From Pseudomonadota bacterium (GTDB lineage: Bacteria > Pseudomonadota > Alphaproteobacteria > MED-G09): DNA of 42,852 nucleotides. The position numbers and the translations under genes were made by a program. The notes beneath the pieces were generated by a model. That model was not told where the DNA came from, did not search any database, and worked only from the letters and a program-made list of their open reading frames with translations. The stretch spans positions 1 through 42,852 of the forward strand of contig JAYZKD010000032.1 of the NCBI GenBank assembly GCA_036163815.1, read 5' to 3'. Shown here one piece after another: positions 10,360-21,896 of this stretch; positions within the stretch are counted from its first letter, which is position 1, and each line of letters opens with the position of its first letter.

Positions 10360-10824
10360 TTACCTTTTATCTAAAAAAAATTTTTTTAGCAAATTTTCAG
10401 ACTCATTTTTATAAAAACCACTGAAAATATTTGGTTTGTGATGACAAGAATTAGTTTTATAGATTTGTATGCCATTTTCGACACAACCTTTCTTTTCATC
10501 TTCAGCTGCAAAATATAGATTCTTTATGCCCGCAAGGGAAATTGCCATTGCACACATTGCGCATGGCTCTAGTGTAGTAAATATAGAAAAACCATATAAT
10601 TTTGTAGTTTTAAGTTTATTTGAAGCCTCTCTTAAAACTAATATTTCTGCATGAGCGGTAGGGTCATTTAATTCAATTATTCTATTTCCATTAGAGGAAA
10701 TTATTTTATTTTTTTCATTTATAATAATTGATCCAACAGGCACTTCATTTCTATTTTTAGATTTGATAGCTTCTTCAATAGCAAGTTTCATAAAAAATTT
10801 AGTTTGTGATATGTTATTATTCAA
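10360..10824 (-). CDS. tadA: tRNA adenosine(34) deaminase
   Basis: EVPVG, DPTAHAE, TLEPCAMC; divergent from rluB as in alphaproteobacteria. Confidence 0.88.
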   Translation of the reverse strand: MNNNISQTKFFMKLAIEEAIKSKNRNEVPVGSIIINEKNKIISSNGNRIIELNDPTAHAEILVLREASNKLKTTKLYGFSIFTTLEPCAMCAMAISLAGIKNLYFAAEDEKKGCVENGIQIYKTNSCHHKPNIFSGFYKNESENLLKKFFLDKR

Positions 10825-10859
10825 ATTAGCCCCTTGTTATGTATTTATAAGACCTCAAA

Positions 10860-11603
10860 ATGAATATAAAATCAAAACTTCGTATTGCAAAATTTATATC
10901 CAATGCAGGGATTTCATCTAGAAGAGGTGCAGAAAAATTAATTTTAGAAGGTAAAGTTGAAGTAAATGGTCAACTTATAAAATCTCCCGCCTTAAATATT
11001 AATAAAGACGACATTGTTAGAGTTGATGGCAGGATAATTGAATATGATTTATCTGTTCGAATGTGGATATTTTATAAGCCTAAAGGATGTCTTGTAACAG
11101 CGAGTGATCCTAAAGGTAGAAAAACTATATATGATATTTTACCTCACTCTATGAAGAATATTAATGCTGTCGGAAGATTAGATTTTAATAGCGAAGGATT
11201 ATTGTTATTAACTAATAATGGAGATTTTTCTAGATACTTGGAACTTCCTAAAAATAACTTTGAAAGATTATACAAAGTAAGGGTTTTTGGTAAAGTTCGT
11301 GAGGATTTACTTTTAGGTCTTTCTAAAGGAATTAAAATTGATGGAATAAGGTACAAACCTATAAAAGCATTACTAGAAAAAGAAAATGGATCGAATTCTT
11401 GGTTAAAATTTTCCATTTATGAAGGAAAAAATAAAGAAATAAGAAAAGTATGTAAATCAATGAATTTGGAAGTAAATAGGTTAATACGATATTCATATGG
11501 CCCATTTAAGTTAAAGAAGTTAAAAAAAGGTCAAATTGAGGAGGTATCATCCTTTATTTTAAAAAAGAAATTGCCTATTTTTTTTAAAAACAAGGAGAAT
11601 TAG
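10860..11603 (+). CDS. rluB: S4-domain rRNA pseudouridine synthase (RluB/RsuA family)
   Basis: RIAKFISNAGISSRR S4 domain; VGRLDFNSEG catalytic Asp; EGKNKEIR. Confidence 0.88.
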   Translation: MNIKSKLRIAKFISNAGISSRRGAEKLILEGKVEVNGQLIKSPALNINKDDIVRVDGRIIEYDLSVRMWIFYKPKGCLVTASDPKGRKTIYDILPHSMKNINAVGRLDFNSEGLLLLTNNGDFSRYLELPKNNFERLYKVRVFGKVREDLLLGLSKGIKIDGIRYKPIKALLEKENGSNSWLKFSIYEGKNKEIRKVCKSMNLEVNRLIRYSYGPFKLKKLKKGQIEEVSSFILKKKLPIFFKNKEN

Positions 11604-11604
11604 T

Positions 11605-12174
11605 TTGCGAATTATTTCAGGTAATTTTGCTGGCAGAAGAATTTTAGCTCCGAAAGGAAAAGGTACTCGACCTACAACAGATAGATTTAAAGAAACTTTA
11701 TTTAACATTATAGAAAACAGTTTAAAAATTAGTTTAAAAGATAAACATGTAATGGATTTATTTGCAGGGTCAGGGTCTTTAGGGATTGAGGCTATATCTA
11801 GAGGTGCAAAATCTTGTTGTTTTGTTGATAAAGCAAAACAATCTATTTTAACCATAGAGAATAATTTGGATAATATTGGAGTGCTTTCAAATTGTAGTCT
11901 TCTAAATATAGATGTAAACAAACTGCCTAAATTTCGAAAAAATATTAATGAAAAAATAGATATAATTTTTTCAGACCCCCCTTATAAGGATTATAAGTTA
12001 AATAATATTGCTATAGATTGCTTAATAAATAAGGGTTGGGCAAAAGATAATACTTATTTGTTTTTGGAGACATCAAATAATAGTTTGCAAAAAGATATTT
12101 CTGGGTTCAAAATTATTGAGAATAGAAAAATAGGCGAAAGTTCATTAAAAATTTATTTAAAAACCAACTATTGA
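11605..12174 (+). CDS. rsmD: 16S rRNA (guanine966-N2)-methyltransferase
   Basis: MRIISG, TRPTTDR, DLFAGSGSLGIEAISRGA, DPPY; TTG start after a GGAG RBS. Confidence 0.95.
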   Translation: MRIISGNFAGRRILAPKGKGTRPTTDRFKETLFNIIENSLKISLKDKHVMDLFAGSGSLGIEAISRGAKSCCFVDKAKQSILTIENNLDNIGVLSNCSLLNIDVNKLPKFRKNINEKIDIIFSDPPYKDYKLNNIAIDCLINKGWAKDNTYLFLETSNNSLQKDISGFKIIENRKIGESSLKIYLKTNY

Positions 12175-12225
12175 ATGAATTAAAAAAAATAAATAAGATT
12201 TATAGATATCTAAGGAGAATTTATT

Positions 12226-13854
12226 ATGAGAGGATTAATGCAAGAATGGCCTTTGCTTGTTCACACTTTTATTGATCATGCAAAGATTCATCACGGTGAA
12301 AGAGAAATAGTTACTCGAAGAATTGAAGGAGATATTCATACAACTAATTATTCTGAGATTTTTTCTAGATCAAAGAAATTTTCAAAAGCCCTCAAAGGTT
12401 TGGGAGTAAAAAAAGGTGATGTTATAGGTACTCTTGCCTGGAATACTTATAGACATCTTGAATCCTGGTACGGAATTACTGGATTAGGTGCAATTTACCA
12501 TACATTGAATCCTAGATTGTTTGTTGAACAGTTAGATTACATAATTAATCATGCTGAGAATAAATTTATTATTACAGATGTAAGTTTTGTAGAAATTTTA
12601 GAAAATATTGAAGATAAAATACCGAATGTAGAAGGATTTATTTTTCTTTGTGCAAAGGAAAACCTACCTGAAACTAAACTAAAAAATATTCATTCATTTG
12701 AAGAATTAGTAGAAGCGGAAGATGATTCATTTGAATGGGTTAAAGTGGAGGAAGATGAAGCTTGTGGTTTATGTTATACTTCTGGAACTACAGGAAATCC
12801 TAAAGGTGTTTTATATTCTCATAGATCAAATGTTTTGCATACACTTGCTGCTAATTCAGCAGATGCAATGGGAATAAAATCAACTGATGTAGTAATGCCA
12901 GTTGTACCAATGTTTCATGCTAATGCTTGGGGTCTATCTTTTTCAGCCCCTATGTCAGGCTGCAAGGTTGTTATGCCTGGTATGAATATGGATGGAGAAA
13001 GTATATATGAACTTTTAGATACTCAAAAAGTGACTTTTACAGCTGCGGTCCCTACCGTTTGGTTGATGCTCTTACAATATCTTGAAGAAAATGATTTAAA
13101 ATTACCATACCTTGAAAGAGTTGCGATAGGGGGATCAGCGGTTCCAAGAGTGATGTTAGAAAAATTTGAGAAGAATTATGATGTTTCAGTTATGCATGCT
13201 TGGGGTATGACAGAAATGTCACCACTTGGCACTATTGGGGCATTTAAAAGCGGTATGGAAGATCTAAGTTTTGAAGAACAAATGGATATAAAATTAAAAC
13301 AAGGTAGAGCTTCTTATATGGTAGAGATGAAAATAACTAATGATGAAGGAGATGAGCTGCCTTGGAATGGGAAGGATTTTGGACATTTATTAGTAAGAGG
13401 TCCATTTATAGCTAGCAAATATATGAAAGGTGATGGAGGTCAAATTCTAGATAACCAAGGATTTTTTGATACAGGAGATGTTGCAACTATCGATGAGTTA
13501 GGATTTATGCAAATAACTGATAGGTCTAAAGATGTTATTAAATCTGGCGGTGAATGGATTTCATCTATTGAATTAGAAAATATTGCTGTTGGACATCCTG
13601 AAGTTGTTGAGGCTGCTGTAATTGGTATTTATCATCCAAAATGGGACGAGAGACCCCTTCTTATATGTGTTCCTACAGAAGGAAGTGATATTAAGAAAGA
13701 AGATATATTAAGCTTTTTGGAAGATAAATTAGCTAAATGGTGGATGCCAGATGATGTTGTATTTGTTGATGAAATACCGCATACAGCTACAGGTAAGATA
13801 CAAAAGTTGACTTTAAGAGAACAATTTTCAGATTATAAGCTTCCTTCAACTTAA
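12226..13854 (+). CDS. Medium/long-chain acyl-CoA synthetase (DmdB/LvaE/FadD-like)
   Basis: [46 protein letters not shown]; AAGGAG RBS. Confidence 0.9.
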   Translation: MRGLMQEWPLLVHTFIDHAKIHHGEREIVTRRIEGDIHTTNYSEIFSRSKKFSKALKGLGVKKGDVIGTLAWNTYRHLESWYGITGLGAIYHTLNPRLFVEQLDYIINHAENKFIITDVSFVEILENIEDKIPNVEGFIFLCAKENLPETKLKNIHSFEELVEAEDDSFEWVKVEEDEACGLCYTSGTTGNPKGVLYSHRSNVLHTLAANSADAMGIKSTDVVMPVVPMFHANAWGLSFSAPMSGCKVVMPGMNMDGESIYELLDTQKVTFTAAVPTVWLMLLQYLEENDLKLPYLERVAIGGSAVPRVMLEKFEKNYDVSVMHAWGMTEMSPLGTIGAFKSGMEDLSFEEQMDIKLKQGRASYMVEMKITNDEGDELPWNGKDFGHLLVRGPFIASKYMKGDGGQILDNQGFFDTGDVATIDELGFMQITDRSKDVIKSGGEWISSIELENIAVGHPEVVEAAVIGIYHPKWDERPLLICVPTEGSDIKKEDILSFLEDKLAKWWMPDDVVFVDEIPHTATGKIQKLTLREQFSDYKLPST

Positions 13855-14795
13855 TTATTTGAAGCTCTTTTAATCCTGTCATTGATAGCTTTACCAATAC
13901 CTTTTTCCGGTATTGATGTTATAGCAATTTTCTTAAATTCTTTTTCTAGTTTAGCAAGAAGAGAGAATAAATTTGCTGCAGCTTCAGTTAAATCTCCACT
14001 TTTACTTAAATTAGGCTCTTTAAATTTTGGTCCAAAACCGATTAAGATCTCATCTCTATTCGCTCTTTTTGCATTAATTCTTAGAGGTACAGAAGGCGAA
14101 TAATGATTCTGGGTTTGTCCAGGAGAGATTATTTTCCGATTTTTTTGTTTTGATTTATCAACTACCTTGTAAGCAAGTTTTGTTTCTAAATCTTCTTTCG
14201 TAATTCCACCATGTCTTAGTATTACTATTTGATTTTTTTCAAAAGTAATTATTGTACTTTCAACTCCGACTGATGTTTGTCCGCCATCTAATATAAGGGA
14301 TAAATCTTTTTCATTTTTAAAATAGCTATAAACATGATTAGCTTTAGTAGGGCTTAGAAAACCAGATTTATTTGCACTTGGTGCAGCAATAGGGCTTTTT
14401 AAATTACGAATTAACTCTAAAGCTACTTTATTGTTAGGAATTCTAACAGCTAATGTATCAAGCCCAGCGCTTAAAAGCAGACTAAGAGATGAAGATTTTT
14501 TTCTTTTAAGAATTATTGTTAATGGCCCAGGCCAAAATTTTGACCCAATTTTTTTCACTTCTTTACTTACTTCGCAATGATTTTCTATCTCTTTAATAGA
14601 GCTGAAATGAGCTATAATTGGATTAAATTTTGGCCTGTTTTTACATTTAAATATTTTTGCAATTGCTATATCATTTGTAGCTTCTGCACCTAACCCATAT
14701 ACTGTTTCAGTCGGAAATGATATTAATTTACCCTTATTAAGTTCTTCAACAGCTCTTAAAATCTGCTCTTTACTAATTTTTTTTATTGTAGTCAT
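13851..14795 (-). CDS. tsaC: L-threonylcarbamoyladenylate synthase (Sua5 type, with C-terminal domain)
   Basis: FPTETVYGLGA, NRPKFNP, FWPGPLT, AAPSANKSG, GVESTI, INDRIKRA. ATG at 14795 preferred over TTG at 14801. Confidence 0.93.
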   Translation of the reverse strand: MTTIKKISKEQILRAVEELNKGKLISFPTETVYGLGAEATNDIAIAKIFKCKNRPKFNPIIAHFSSIKEIENHCEVSKEVKKIGSKFWPGPLTIILKRKKSSSLSLLLSAGLDTLAVRIPNNKVALELIRNLKSPIAAPSANKSGFLSPTKANHVYSYFKNEKDLSLILDGGQTSVGVESTIITFEKNQIVILRHGGITKEDLETKLAYKVVDKSKQKNRKIISPGQTQNHYSPSVPLRINAKRANRDEILIGFGPKFKEPNLSKSGDLTEAAANLFSLLAKLEKEFKKIAITSIPEKGIGKAINDRIKRASNN

Positions 14796-14887
14796 TTTCA
14801 AAATTTTATTTTACTTAGTAAGTATATTCTAATTTTAATTATCAAGTAGGTAATAAATTAGAATAAGGTTTAATTATGGAGATATTT

Positions 14888-16681
14888 ATGGCATTTGTTT
14901 CGCCTGTAAATCAAATGATTTTTACTCTTTCCCAAATGGCTAATTATAGCGATCTTGAGGAATCAGAAATATGGCCAGAATTAAACATTAACTTCATTAA
15001 ATCTTTATTAGAAGAAGCCGCAAAACTTGCAGATTCTGAAATTGCACCTTTGAATCAAATTGGCGATCAGGAAGGCTGTAATTTTAGTAACAATGATGTA
15101 AAAACTGCTCCAGGATTTAGTAAAGCTTATAAAAAATTTATAGATTCTGGTTGGGCTGGAATCTCAGGTCCTTCTGATAAAGGAGGTCAAGGTATGCCAA
15201 TAACAATTGCTGTTTTAATTCAAGAATTATGGAATACATCTTGTATGAGTTTCTCACTTTGTCCAATGTTAAGTCAGGGTGCAATAGAGACAATAAACCA
15301 ACATGCTTCAGAAGAAATAAAAATAACTTATTTACCTAAACTTTTATCTGGGGAGTGGACAGGAACTATGAATCTTACAGAACCTCAAGCTGGATCAGAT
15401 GTAGGGGCATTAAATGCTTCAGCAAAAAAGCAAAAAGATGGGAGTTTTTTAATCAAAGGAACAAAAATCTATATAACTTATGGTGAGCATGATATGTCAG
15501 AAAATATTATTCACCTTGTTTTAGCTAGAATTGAAGGGTCTCCAGAAGGTAATTCAGGTATTTCTTTATTTTTGGTCCCTAAATTCCTACCTGATGATGA
15601 TAAAAATTTTAATGTACGAAATGATTTAAAATGCATTGGGTTGGAAAAGAAACTTGGTATTCATGCTTCACCAACATGTACAATGAGTTTTGGAGATAAT
15701 AAAGGAGCTATTGGTTATCTTATAGGTGAAGAAAACAGAGGTCTAAACTGTATGTTTACGATGATGAATAATGCAAGGTTAAATGTAGGTATGCAGGGTG
15801 TAGGAATTTCTGAAAGATCGTTTCAACAAGCTTTAGGTTACGCAAATGAAAGAATTCAGGGGAAAGACTATAATTCCAACACAGAAAATAACAAGAGAAC
15901 TGAAATAATTAACCATCCAGATGTTAGAAGAATGCTGTTAGAGATGAAGAGTCTTACTGATGCAACAAGAGCTCTTTGTTACGATAATGCTATTGCAATT
16001 GACCTTGGCAAAAGTCATACGGATGCTGATATTAGAAGAAAGAATAAATTAAAAGCGGATCTTTTAACGCCCATTTCAAAATCTTGGTCGACTGACATAG
16101 GTGTAATCGTTTCATCGATAGGCGTTCAAGTTCATGGAGGCATGGGTTTTATTGAAGAAACTGGAGCTGCACAACATCTAAGAGATTCTAGAATTGCCCC
16201 TATTTATGAAGGTACTAATGGGATTCAAGCAATTGATCTATTAACTAGGAAGATTTCTCTAAATAATGGAGAAGCAATTCAAAACTTTATCCAAGAGATT
16301 TCTGAAACAAAGGATAATTGTCTAAAAAGTAATAATAGTAATTTAATTCAAATAGGAAAAAATCTATCTGAATCATTGGATGATGTTAAAATTGCTACAG
16401 AAAAAATTTTAGAGTGGTTAATAGATGAAGATAAAAAATTTGAAGTTTTACAAAATGCAGCATTTTATTTAGAGCTTTTAGGGGTTGTTGCTGGAGGGCA
16501 TTATTTAGCTAGAGGGGCTTTAAATAATTTAAAAAATGATAATGAAAGTACGAAAACTGATATTGCATATTTTTACTGTTCATCTTATTTGCTTAAATCA
16601 AAGGGTTTATCCAAATCAATTTGTGATGGCAATAAAATGATAAATGAAAAAGATTTTAAAAAGATAATCGAGGTCTTTTAG
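14888..16681 (+). CDS. Large acyl-CoA dehydrogenase (DmdC-like subfamily)
   Basis: GTMNLTEPQAGSDVG, TKIYITYGEHD, LGIHASPTC, QVHGGMGFIEETG, IYEGTNGIQ. GGAG RBS favours ATG 14888 over 14876. Confidence 0.88.
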   Translation: MAFVSPVNQMIFTLSQMANYSDLEESEIWPELNINFIKSLLEEAAKLADSEIAPLNQIGDQEGCNFSNNDVKTAPGFSKAYKKFIDSGWAGISGPSDKGGQGMPITIAVLIQELWNTSCMSFSLCPMLSQGAIETINQHASEEIKITYLPKLLSGEWTGTMNLTEPQAGSDVGALNASAKKQKDGSFLIKGTKIYITYGEHDMSENIIHLVLARIEGSPEGNSGISLFLVPKFLPDDDKNFNVRNDLKCIGLEKKLGIHASPTCTMSFGDNKGAIGYLIGEENRGLNCMFTMMNNARLNVGMQGVGISERSFQQALGYANERIQGKDYNSNTENNKRTEIINHPDVRRMLLEMKSLTDATRALCYDNAIAIDLGKSHTDADIRRKNKLKADLLTPISKSWSTDIGVIVSSIGVQVHGGMGFIEETGAAQHLRDSRIAPIYEGTNGIQAIDLLTRKISLNNGEAIQNFIQEISETKDNCLKSNNSNLIQIGKNLSESLDDVKIATEKILEWLIDEDKKFEVLQNAAFYLELLGVVAGGHYLARGALNNLKNDNESTKTDIAYFYCSSYLLKSKGLSKSICDGNKMINEKDFKKIIEVF

Positions 16682-17739
16682 TGGATAAATTAATTGAGAA
16701 GAATAATAAAGGCGCACATAATTTAATATTTCCATATGATGTGTCACCTGATCCAGGAAGAATGCTAAAAATAGCAGAAGGGGTTTATTGGGTAAGAATG
16801 AATCTTCCCTTTGCGCTTAATCATATAAATTTATGGGTTTTAGAAGATAATAATGGTTGGGCAATAATTGATACAGGCATTGCAAGTGCAGAAATCAAAT
16901 CAAATTGGAGAAAATGTTTTTCAGGAGATATGAAGTCTTTAATTGTTAAAAAGGTGATAGTTACTCATCTCCATCCTGATCATATTGGGCTTGCAGGCTG
17001 GTTAAATAAAAAATTTTCTTCACCACTCTTTATGTCAAGATCAGATTATTTGATGTGTAGAATGCTTGTTTCAGATACTGGAAGAGAAGCTCCAGAGGAA
17101 GGAAAATCTTTATATAAGTCTGCAGGGTTTACCGAAGATGAACTTGATAGTTATACAGAAAGATTCGGTGGTTTTGGAAGTGCTATATCGAAGATACCAG
17201 ATAGTTATAACCGTCTTAAAGATTTTGACAAAATAACAATTGGAAATCGTGAGTGGGAAATTGTTGTAGGAAGCGGTCATTGTCCTGAACATATTTGTTT
17301 ATACAATAAAGAGTTAAAATTATTTATTTCTGGAGACCAAGTTTTACCAAAAATTACTTCTAATGTTAGTGTTTTTCCTACTGAACCGCACTCTAATCCA
17401 CTTGAAGACTGGTTAGAAAGTTGTAAATATATAAAAGAAAGAGTACCAAATGATGTTCTTGTGCTTCCTTCACACAATGAACCATTTAGAGGTCTTCATG
17501 AAAGATTAGATCACTTGATTTCAGGACATGAAAAAAGTCTTTCTAGGCTCGTGGATTTTTGTAAAGAACCTAAAAGAGCTGTTGATGTATTTTCTGTTTT
17601 ATTTAAAAGAAAAATTACAAGAGATGTTTTGTTGATGGCGACTGGAGAAAGTATAGCTCATCTTAATTGTTTAAAGGCCAGAGGTTTGATAACATCAGAA
17701 AAAGATGAACAAGATGTTATAACTTATACTAAGGTATAA
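16681..17739 (+). CDS. Metallo-beta-lactamase-fold hydrolase
   Basis: THLHPDH motif, GSGHCPEH, SGDQVLPKIT, PSHNEPF; GTG start overlaps the upstream TAG. Confidence 0.88.
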   Translation: MDKLIEKNNKGAHNLIFPYDVSPDPGRMLKIAEGVYWVRMNLPFALNHINLWVLEDNNGWAIIDTGIASAEIKSNWRKCFSGDMKSLIVKKVIVTHLHPDHIGLAGWLNKKFSSPLFMSRSDYLMCRMLVSDTGREAPEEGKSLYKSAGFTEDELDSYTERFGGFGSAISKIPDSYNRLKDFDKITIGNREWEIVVGSGHCPEHICLYNKELKLFISGDQVLPKITSNVSVFPTEPHSNPLEDWLESCKYIKERVPNDVLVLPSHNEPFRGLHERLDHLISGHEKSLSRLVDFCKEPKRAVDVFSVLFKRKITRDVLLMATGESIAHLNCLKARGLITSEKDEQDVITYTKV

Positions 17740-17754
17740 TATTAAGGAAAAAAG

Positions 17755-17994
17755 ATGAATAAAAAAAATGATATAAAAGGTCTTTCTTTTGAACAGGCTT
17801 TATCTGAATTAGAGGATATTGTTGAAAAGTTAGAGCAAGGCGATATTGATCTTGAAGATTCTATTGATATATATGAAAGAGGTAATCTTTTAAAAGCGCA
17901 TTGCGAAAAAAAACTCGAATCTGCAAAGATGAAAATAGATAAAATAATATCTCAACCTGATGGAGATTTTTCTTCTGAATCATATGAGGAATAA
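17755..17994 (+). CDS. xseB: Exodeoxyribonuclease VII small subunit
   Basis: LSFEQALSELEDIVEKLEQGDIDLEDSIDIYERG; precedes ispA-dxs. Confidence 0.95.
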   Translation: MNKKNDIKGLSFEQALSELEDIVEKLEQGDIDLEDSIDIYERGNLLKAHCEKKLESAKMKIDKIISQPDGDFSSESYEE

Positions 17995-18003
17995 TATTCT
18001 AAA

Positions 18004-18891
18004 ATGAATAAATTTCATGAGCATTTATCATCTTGCGCTGAAGAGATTGATAAGAATTTAGAATCAATTCTGAAAAAAAAACTTGTTTTTGATAATACCT
18101 TAAAGGATTCAATTTATTATTCGTCAATTGGTGGCGGAAAAAGGTTTAGGGGTTTTTTAACAATAGAAACAGCTAAATTCTTTAATGCTAATATCCAAAA
18201 TGCCTTAAATATAGCTTCTGCAATAGAGTTAATTCATTCTTATTCCTTAATTCATGATGATTTACCTGCATTGGATAATGATAACTTAAGAAGAAACAAG
18301 CCTTCAAATCATATTCAATATGATGAAGCTACCTCAATACTTGCAGGTGATGCAATTCAATCCTTAGCTTTTGAAGTTTTATCAGAACCTATGAAAGATA
18401 TTAGTTTAGAAAGGCAATTATATTTAATAAACCAGTTTTCTCTTAAGATTGGAGCAAATGGTATGGTAGGTGGTCAAATAATTGATATTAGTTCTAAGAA
18501 AAAAGATCTTACAGTTAAAGAGATAAAACAAATGCATAAATTAAAGACTGCATCTTTAATAAGTTTTTCTTGCAAAGCTGGAGCTATAATTGGTGGAGCA
18601 GGTAAAGAAGAAATAGAAGCTTTTGAATTATATGGAGAAAACTTAGGCATTGCATTTCAAATTATTGATGATGTTTTAGACAAAACAGGAGATAAAGATA
18701 AAATAGGGAAAACTATAGGAAAAGATGAATCAAATAATACCAAAACTTATTTAAGTCACTTTGATGAAGAAACTTCAATTAGAAAAGCTAAAGATTTTTG
18801 CAATAAAGCAATTTCTTCTTTAAATATATTTGACCAATTGCCAGAAAATTTTATAAATGCATTAGAATTTATAACATCAAGAAAGTTTTAG
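18004..18891 (+). CDS. ispA: Farnesyl diphosphate synthase
   Basis: GGKRFRG, HSYSLIHDDLPALDNDNLRR, GQIID, FQIIDDVLD. Confidence 0.93.
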   Translation: MNKFHEHLSSCAEEIDKNLESILKKKLVFDNTLKDSIYYSSIGGGKRFRGFLTIETAKFFNANIQNALNIASAIELIHSYSLIHDDLPALDNDNLRRNKPSNHIQYDEATSILAGDAIQSLAFEVLSEPMKDISLERQLYLINQFSLKIGANGMVGGQIIDISSKKKDLTVKEIKQMHKLKTASLISFSCKAGAIIGGAGKEEIEAFELYGENLGIAFQIIDDVLDKTGDKDKIGKTIGKDESNNTKTYLSHFDEETSIRKAKDFCNKAISSLNIFDQLPENFINALEFITSRKF

Positions 18892-18894
18892 ATT

Positions 18895-20814
18895 ATGAAT
18901 GAAGTTGAAATAAAATATCTTAACAACATAAAGAGTCCTAAAGATTTAGTTTCTCTTGATGATAAGCAGTTAAAACAATTAGCCAATGAGTTACGATATG
19001 ATGTAATTGAGTCAGTTTCTAAAACTGGCGGTCATTTAGGTGCTAGTCTCGGTGTTATAGAATTAACTGTTGCCTTGCATAAAATTTTTAATGCGCCAGA
19101 AGATAAAATTATTTGGGATGTTGGTCATCAAACTTATCCTCATAAGATTTTGACAGGGCGAAGAGATAAAATGCATACCCTTAGAAAAAAAGATGGTTTA
19201 TCTGGTTTCACAAAAAGAGATGAAAGTGAATTTGATCCATTTGGAGCAGGACATAGCTCAACTGCTGTGTCTGCTGGATTGGGAATGTCTATTGGCAGAG
19301 ATTTAAAAAATAAAAATAACCATGTGATTTGTGTTGTTGGTGATGGAGCTATGAGCGCTGGTCAGGCGTATGAAGCGTTAAATAATGCAGGAGCCATGAA
19401 ATCAAGATTGATAGTAATTCTTAATGATAATGATATGTCTATAGCCCCTCCCGCAGGAGCAATGAGTGCTTATTTGGCAAAACTGATATCTGGTGGAACA
19501 TATTTAGGGTTAAGAAATTTTGCAAAGCAGGTTGTCGAAAAGCTTCCAAAAACATTAGAAAAGGGTGCAAAGAAAGCTGAAGAAATTACGAGACTTATAG
19601 CAGGTAATGGGACTTTGTTTGAAGCTTTAGGTTTTTATTATGTTGGACCAATTGATGGACATAATTTAGATCACTTACTTCCTGTTATTAGAAATGTTAA
19701 AAATGCAGATCATGGACCAGTAATAATTCATACTGTTACTCAAAAAGGTAAGGGATATAAACCAGCCGAGGATTCTGACGAAAAGTTTCATGGTGTTGCA
19801 AAATTTAATATTGCAACTGGTGTGCAAGAGAAACCTAAAAAGAGTAATGATTCTTATACAAAAGTTTTTTCAGAAGCTCTAGTTAAGTGTGCTGAAAAAG
19901 ATGATGATATAGTTGCTGTAACTGCCGCTATGCCTTCAGGAACAGGTTTAAATAAATTTAAAGAATTTTATCCAGAAAGATTCTTTGATGTAGGTATTGC
20001 GGAGCAACATGCTGTTACATTTTCTGCAGGTTTAGCTATTGAGGGCCTTAAGCCATTTGCTGCTATTTATTCTACTTTTTTGCAAAGATCTTATGATCAA
20101 ATAGTTCATGATGTGGCGATTCAAAATTTACCAGTTAAATTTGCAATTGATAGAGCTGGTTTAGTTGGTGCGGATGGACCAACGCATTCTGGAAGTTTTG
20201 ATATAACATATCTATCGATTTTACCTAATTTTGTAGTAATGGCGGCTTCAGATGAAGTGGAACTTGCAAGAATGGTAAAGACTGCTTCAGAATATAATGA
20301 TGGACCTATATCATTTCGATACCCTAGAGGAGAAAGCAAAGGACTTTTAATACCAGAAGAATTAAAAAGTATTAAGATAGGAAAAGGCAAAATTAAAAAA
20401 GAAGGTGATAAAATTGCTTTTCTAAATCTTGGTACTCGAATAGATGAGATAAATAAAGCTTCAGTAAAATTAGAATCTATGGGCCTTTCTTGTACAATAG
20501 CTGATGCAAGGTTTGCAAAACCATTAGATAAAGAATTAATTATTGATCTCGTAAAAAACCATGAACTGATATTAACTATTGAAGAAGGTTCTTCAGGTGG
20601 ATTTGGTGCTCATGTATTAATGTTTCTTGCAGAGAATGGTTATCTTGATGATGGTTTAAAAATTAGAAACTTATATCTTCCTGATGTTTTCATTCAGCAT
20701 GGCGATATGAATAACATGTATGAACAAGCTGGTTTAGGTTCTGATAATATAGTTAAAACAGTATTAAGTGCTTTAGGTGTTAACGATAGCGAGTTTAAGA
20801 TTATTAAAAGTTAA
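18895..20814 (+). CDS. dxs: 1-deoxy-D-xylulose-5-phosphate synthase
   Basis: [40 protein letters not shown]. Confidence 0.98.
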   Translation: MNEVEIKYLNNIKSPKDLVSLDDKQLKQLANELRYDVIESVSKTGGHLGASLGVIELTVALHKIFNAPEDKIIWDVGHQTYPHKILTGRRDKMHTLRKKDGLSGFTKRDESEFDPFGAGHSSTAVSAGLGMSIGRDLKNKNNHVICVVGDGAMSAGQAYEALNNAGAMKSRLIVILNDNDMSIAPPAGAMSAYLAKLISGGTYLGLRNFAKQVVEKLPKTLEKGAKKAEEITRLIAGNGTLFEALGFYYVGPIDGHNLDHLLPVIRNVKNADHGPVIIHTVTQKGKGYKPAEDSDEKFHGVAKFNIATGVQEKPKKSNDSYTKVFSEALVKCAEKDDDIVAVTAAMPSGTGLNKFKEFYPERFFDVGIAEQHAVTFSAGLAIEGLKPFAAIYSTFLQRSYDQIVHDVAIQNLPVKFAIDRAGLVGADGPTHSGSFDITYLSILPNFVVMAASDEVELARMVKTASEYNDGPISFRYPRGESKGLLIPEELKSIKIGKGKIKKEGDKIAFLNLGTRIDEINKASVKLESMGLSCTIADARFAKPLDKELIIDLVKNHELILTIEEGSSGGFGAHVLMFLAENGYLDDGLKIRNLYLPDVFIQHGDMNNMYEQAGLGSDNIVKTVLSALGVNDSEFKIIKS

Positions 20815-21893
20815 TCGTTAATTTGTCCTCTATTTCTTAAAAAATGATCAGCGAGAACGCATGCAACCATTGCTTCGCCGACAGGTACAGCTCTAATTCC
20901 AACACAAGGGTCATGACGTCCTTTAGTTTCAATCTCAGTATCTTTATTTGATTTATTTATTGTTTTCTTTGTTTTTCTAATTGATGAAGTTGGTTTAACT
21001 GCAAATCTAAGAACTATATCTTGTCCAGATGAAATACCTCCTAAAATACCACCTGCATTATTTGTTGAAAAAACGGGTTTATCTTTTTGCATTTTCATTT
21101 CATCACCATTATCACTACCTGGTATATTAACAGCATCAAAACCATTACCAATTTCAACTCCTTTAACTGCATTGATACTCATTATTGCACCACTTAAGTC
21201 GGCATCCAATTTACCATATATCGGGGCGCCTAAACCAACTGGAACATTTTTTGCTGTTACTTCAATAATAGCTCCACAACTATCTCCTTCATCAATTAAT
21301 GCAGATATTTTATTTTTCCATTTTTCAACTATTTCTGAATCCGGACACCAGAAAGGGTTTTCATCGATAAATTCCCAATTCCAATTGTCACGATTGATTT
21401 TTAGATCTCCTAATTGAACGAGAGCTCCTTTTATTTCGATATTAGGAATAATTTTTCTCGCCACAGCGCCCGCTGCAACTCTCATTGCAGTTTCTCTAGC
21501 TGATTGACGTCCACCACCTCTAGGGTCTCTTATCCCATATTTTGAAAGGTAGGTATAATCTGCATGACCTGGTCTGAACTTATCTTCTGTTTCTTTATAA
21601 TCATCCGATCTTTGATCTTTATTATGAATTATCATTGATATAGGGGTTCCAGTTGAAAGCTTAACACCGTCTTCTTCATATATTCCTGATAAAATTTCAA
21701 CGACATCAGGTTCATTTCTTGGGCTAGTAAAATCACTTTGTCCTGGTCTTCTTTTATTTAGCCAAAATTGAATATCTTTCTCATTTATTTCAATTCTAGG
21801 AGGTGTTCCATCAACAACACAACCAATAGCTGATCCATGAGACTCTCCCCATGTTGTGAATTTGAATAAATGTCCAAATGTATTATGTGACAT
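20811..21893 (-). CDS. aroC: Chorismate synthase
   Basis: [31 protein letters not shown]. Confidence 0.98.
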   Translation of the reverse strand: MSHNTFGHLFKFTTWGESHGSAIGCVVDGTPPRIEINEKDIQFWLNKRRPGQSDFTSPRNEPDVVEILSGIYEEDGVKLSTGTPISMIIHNKDQRSDDYKETEDKFRPGHADYTYLSKYGIRDPRGGGRQSARETAMRVAAGAVARKIIPNIEIKGALVQLGDLKINRDNWNWEFIDENPFWCPDSEIVEKWKNKISALIDEGDSCGAIIEVTAKNVPVGLGAPIYGKLDADLSGAIMSINAVKGVEIGNGFDAVNIPGSDNGDEMKMQKDKPVFSTNNAGGILGGISSGQDIVLRFAVKPTSSIRKTKKTINKSNKDTEIETKGRHDPCVGIRAVPVGEAMVACVLADHFLRNRGQIND

Positions 21894-21896
21894 CTC

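Noticed and set aside
12203-12212. Short palindromes TAGATATCTA (12203-12212) and ATCATATGAT (about 25526-25535)
   Set aside because: 10-bp AT-rich palindromes are expected by chance at this composition.
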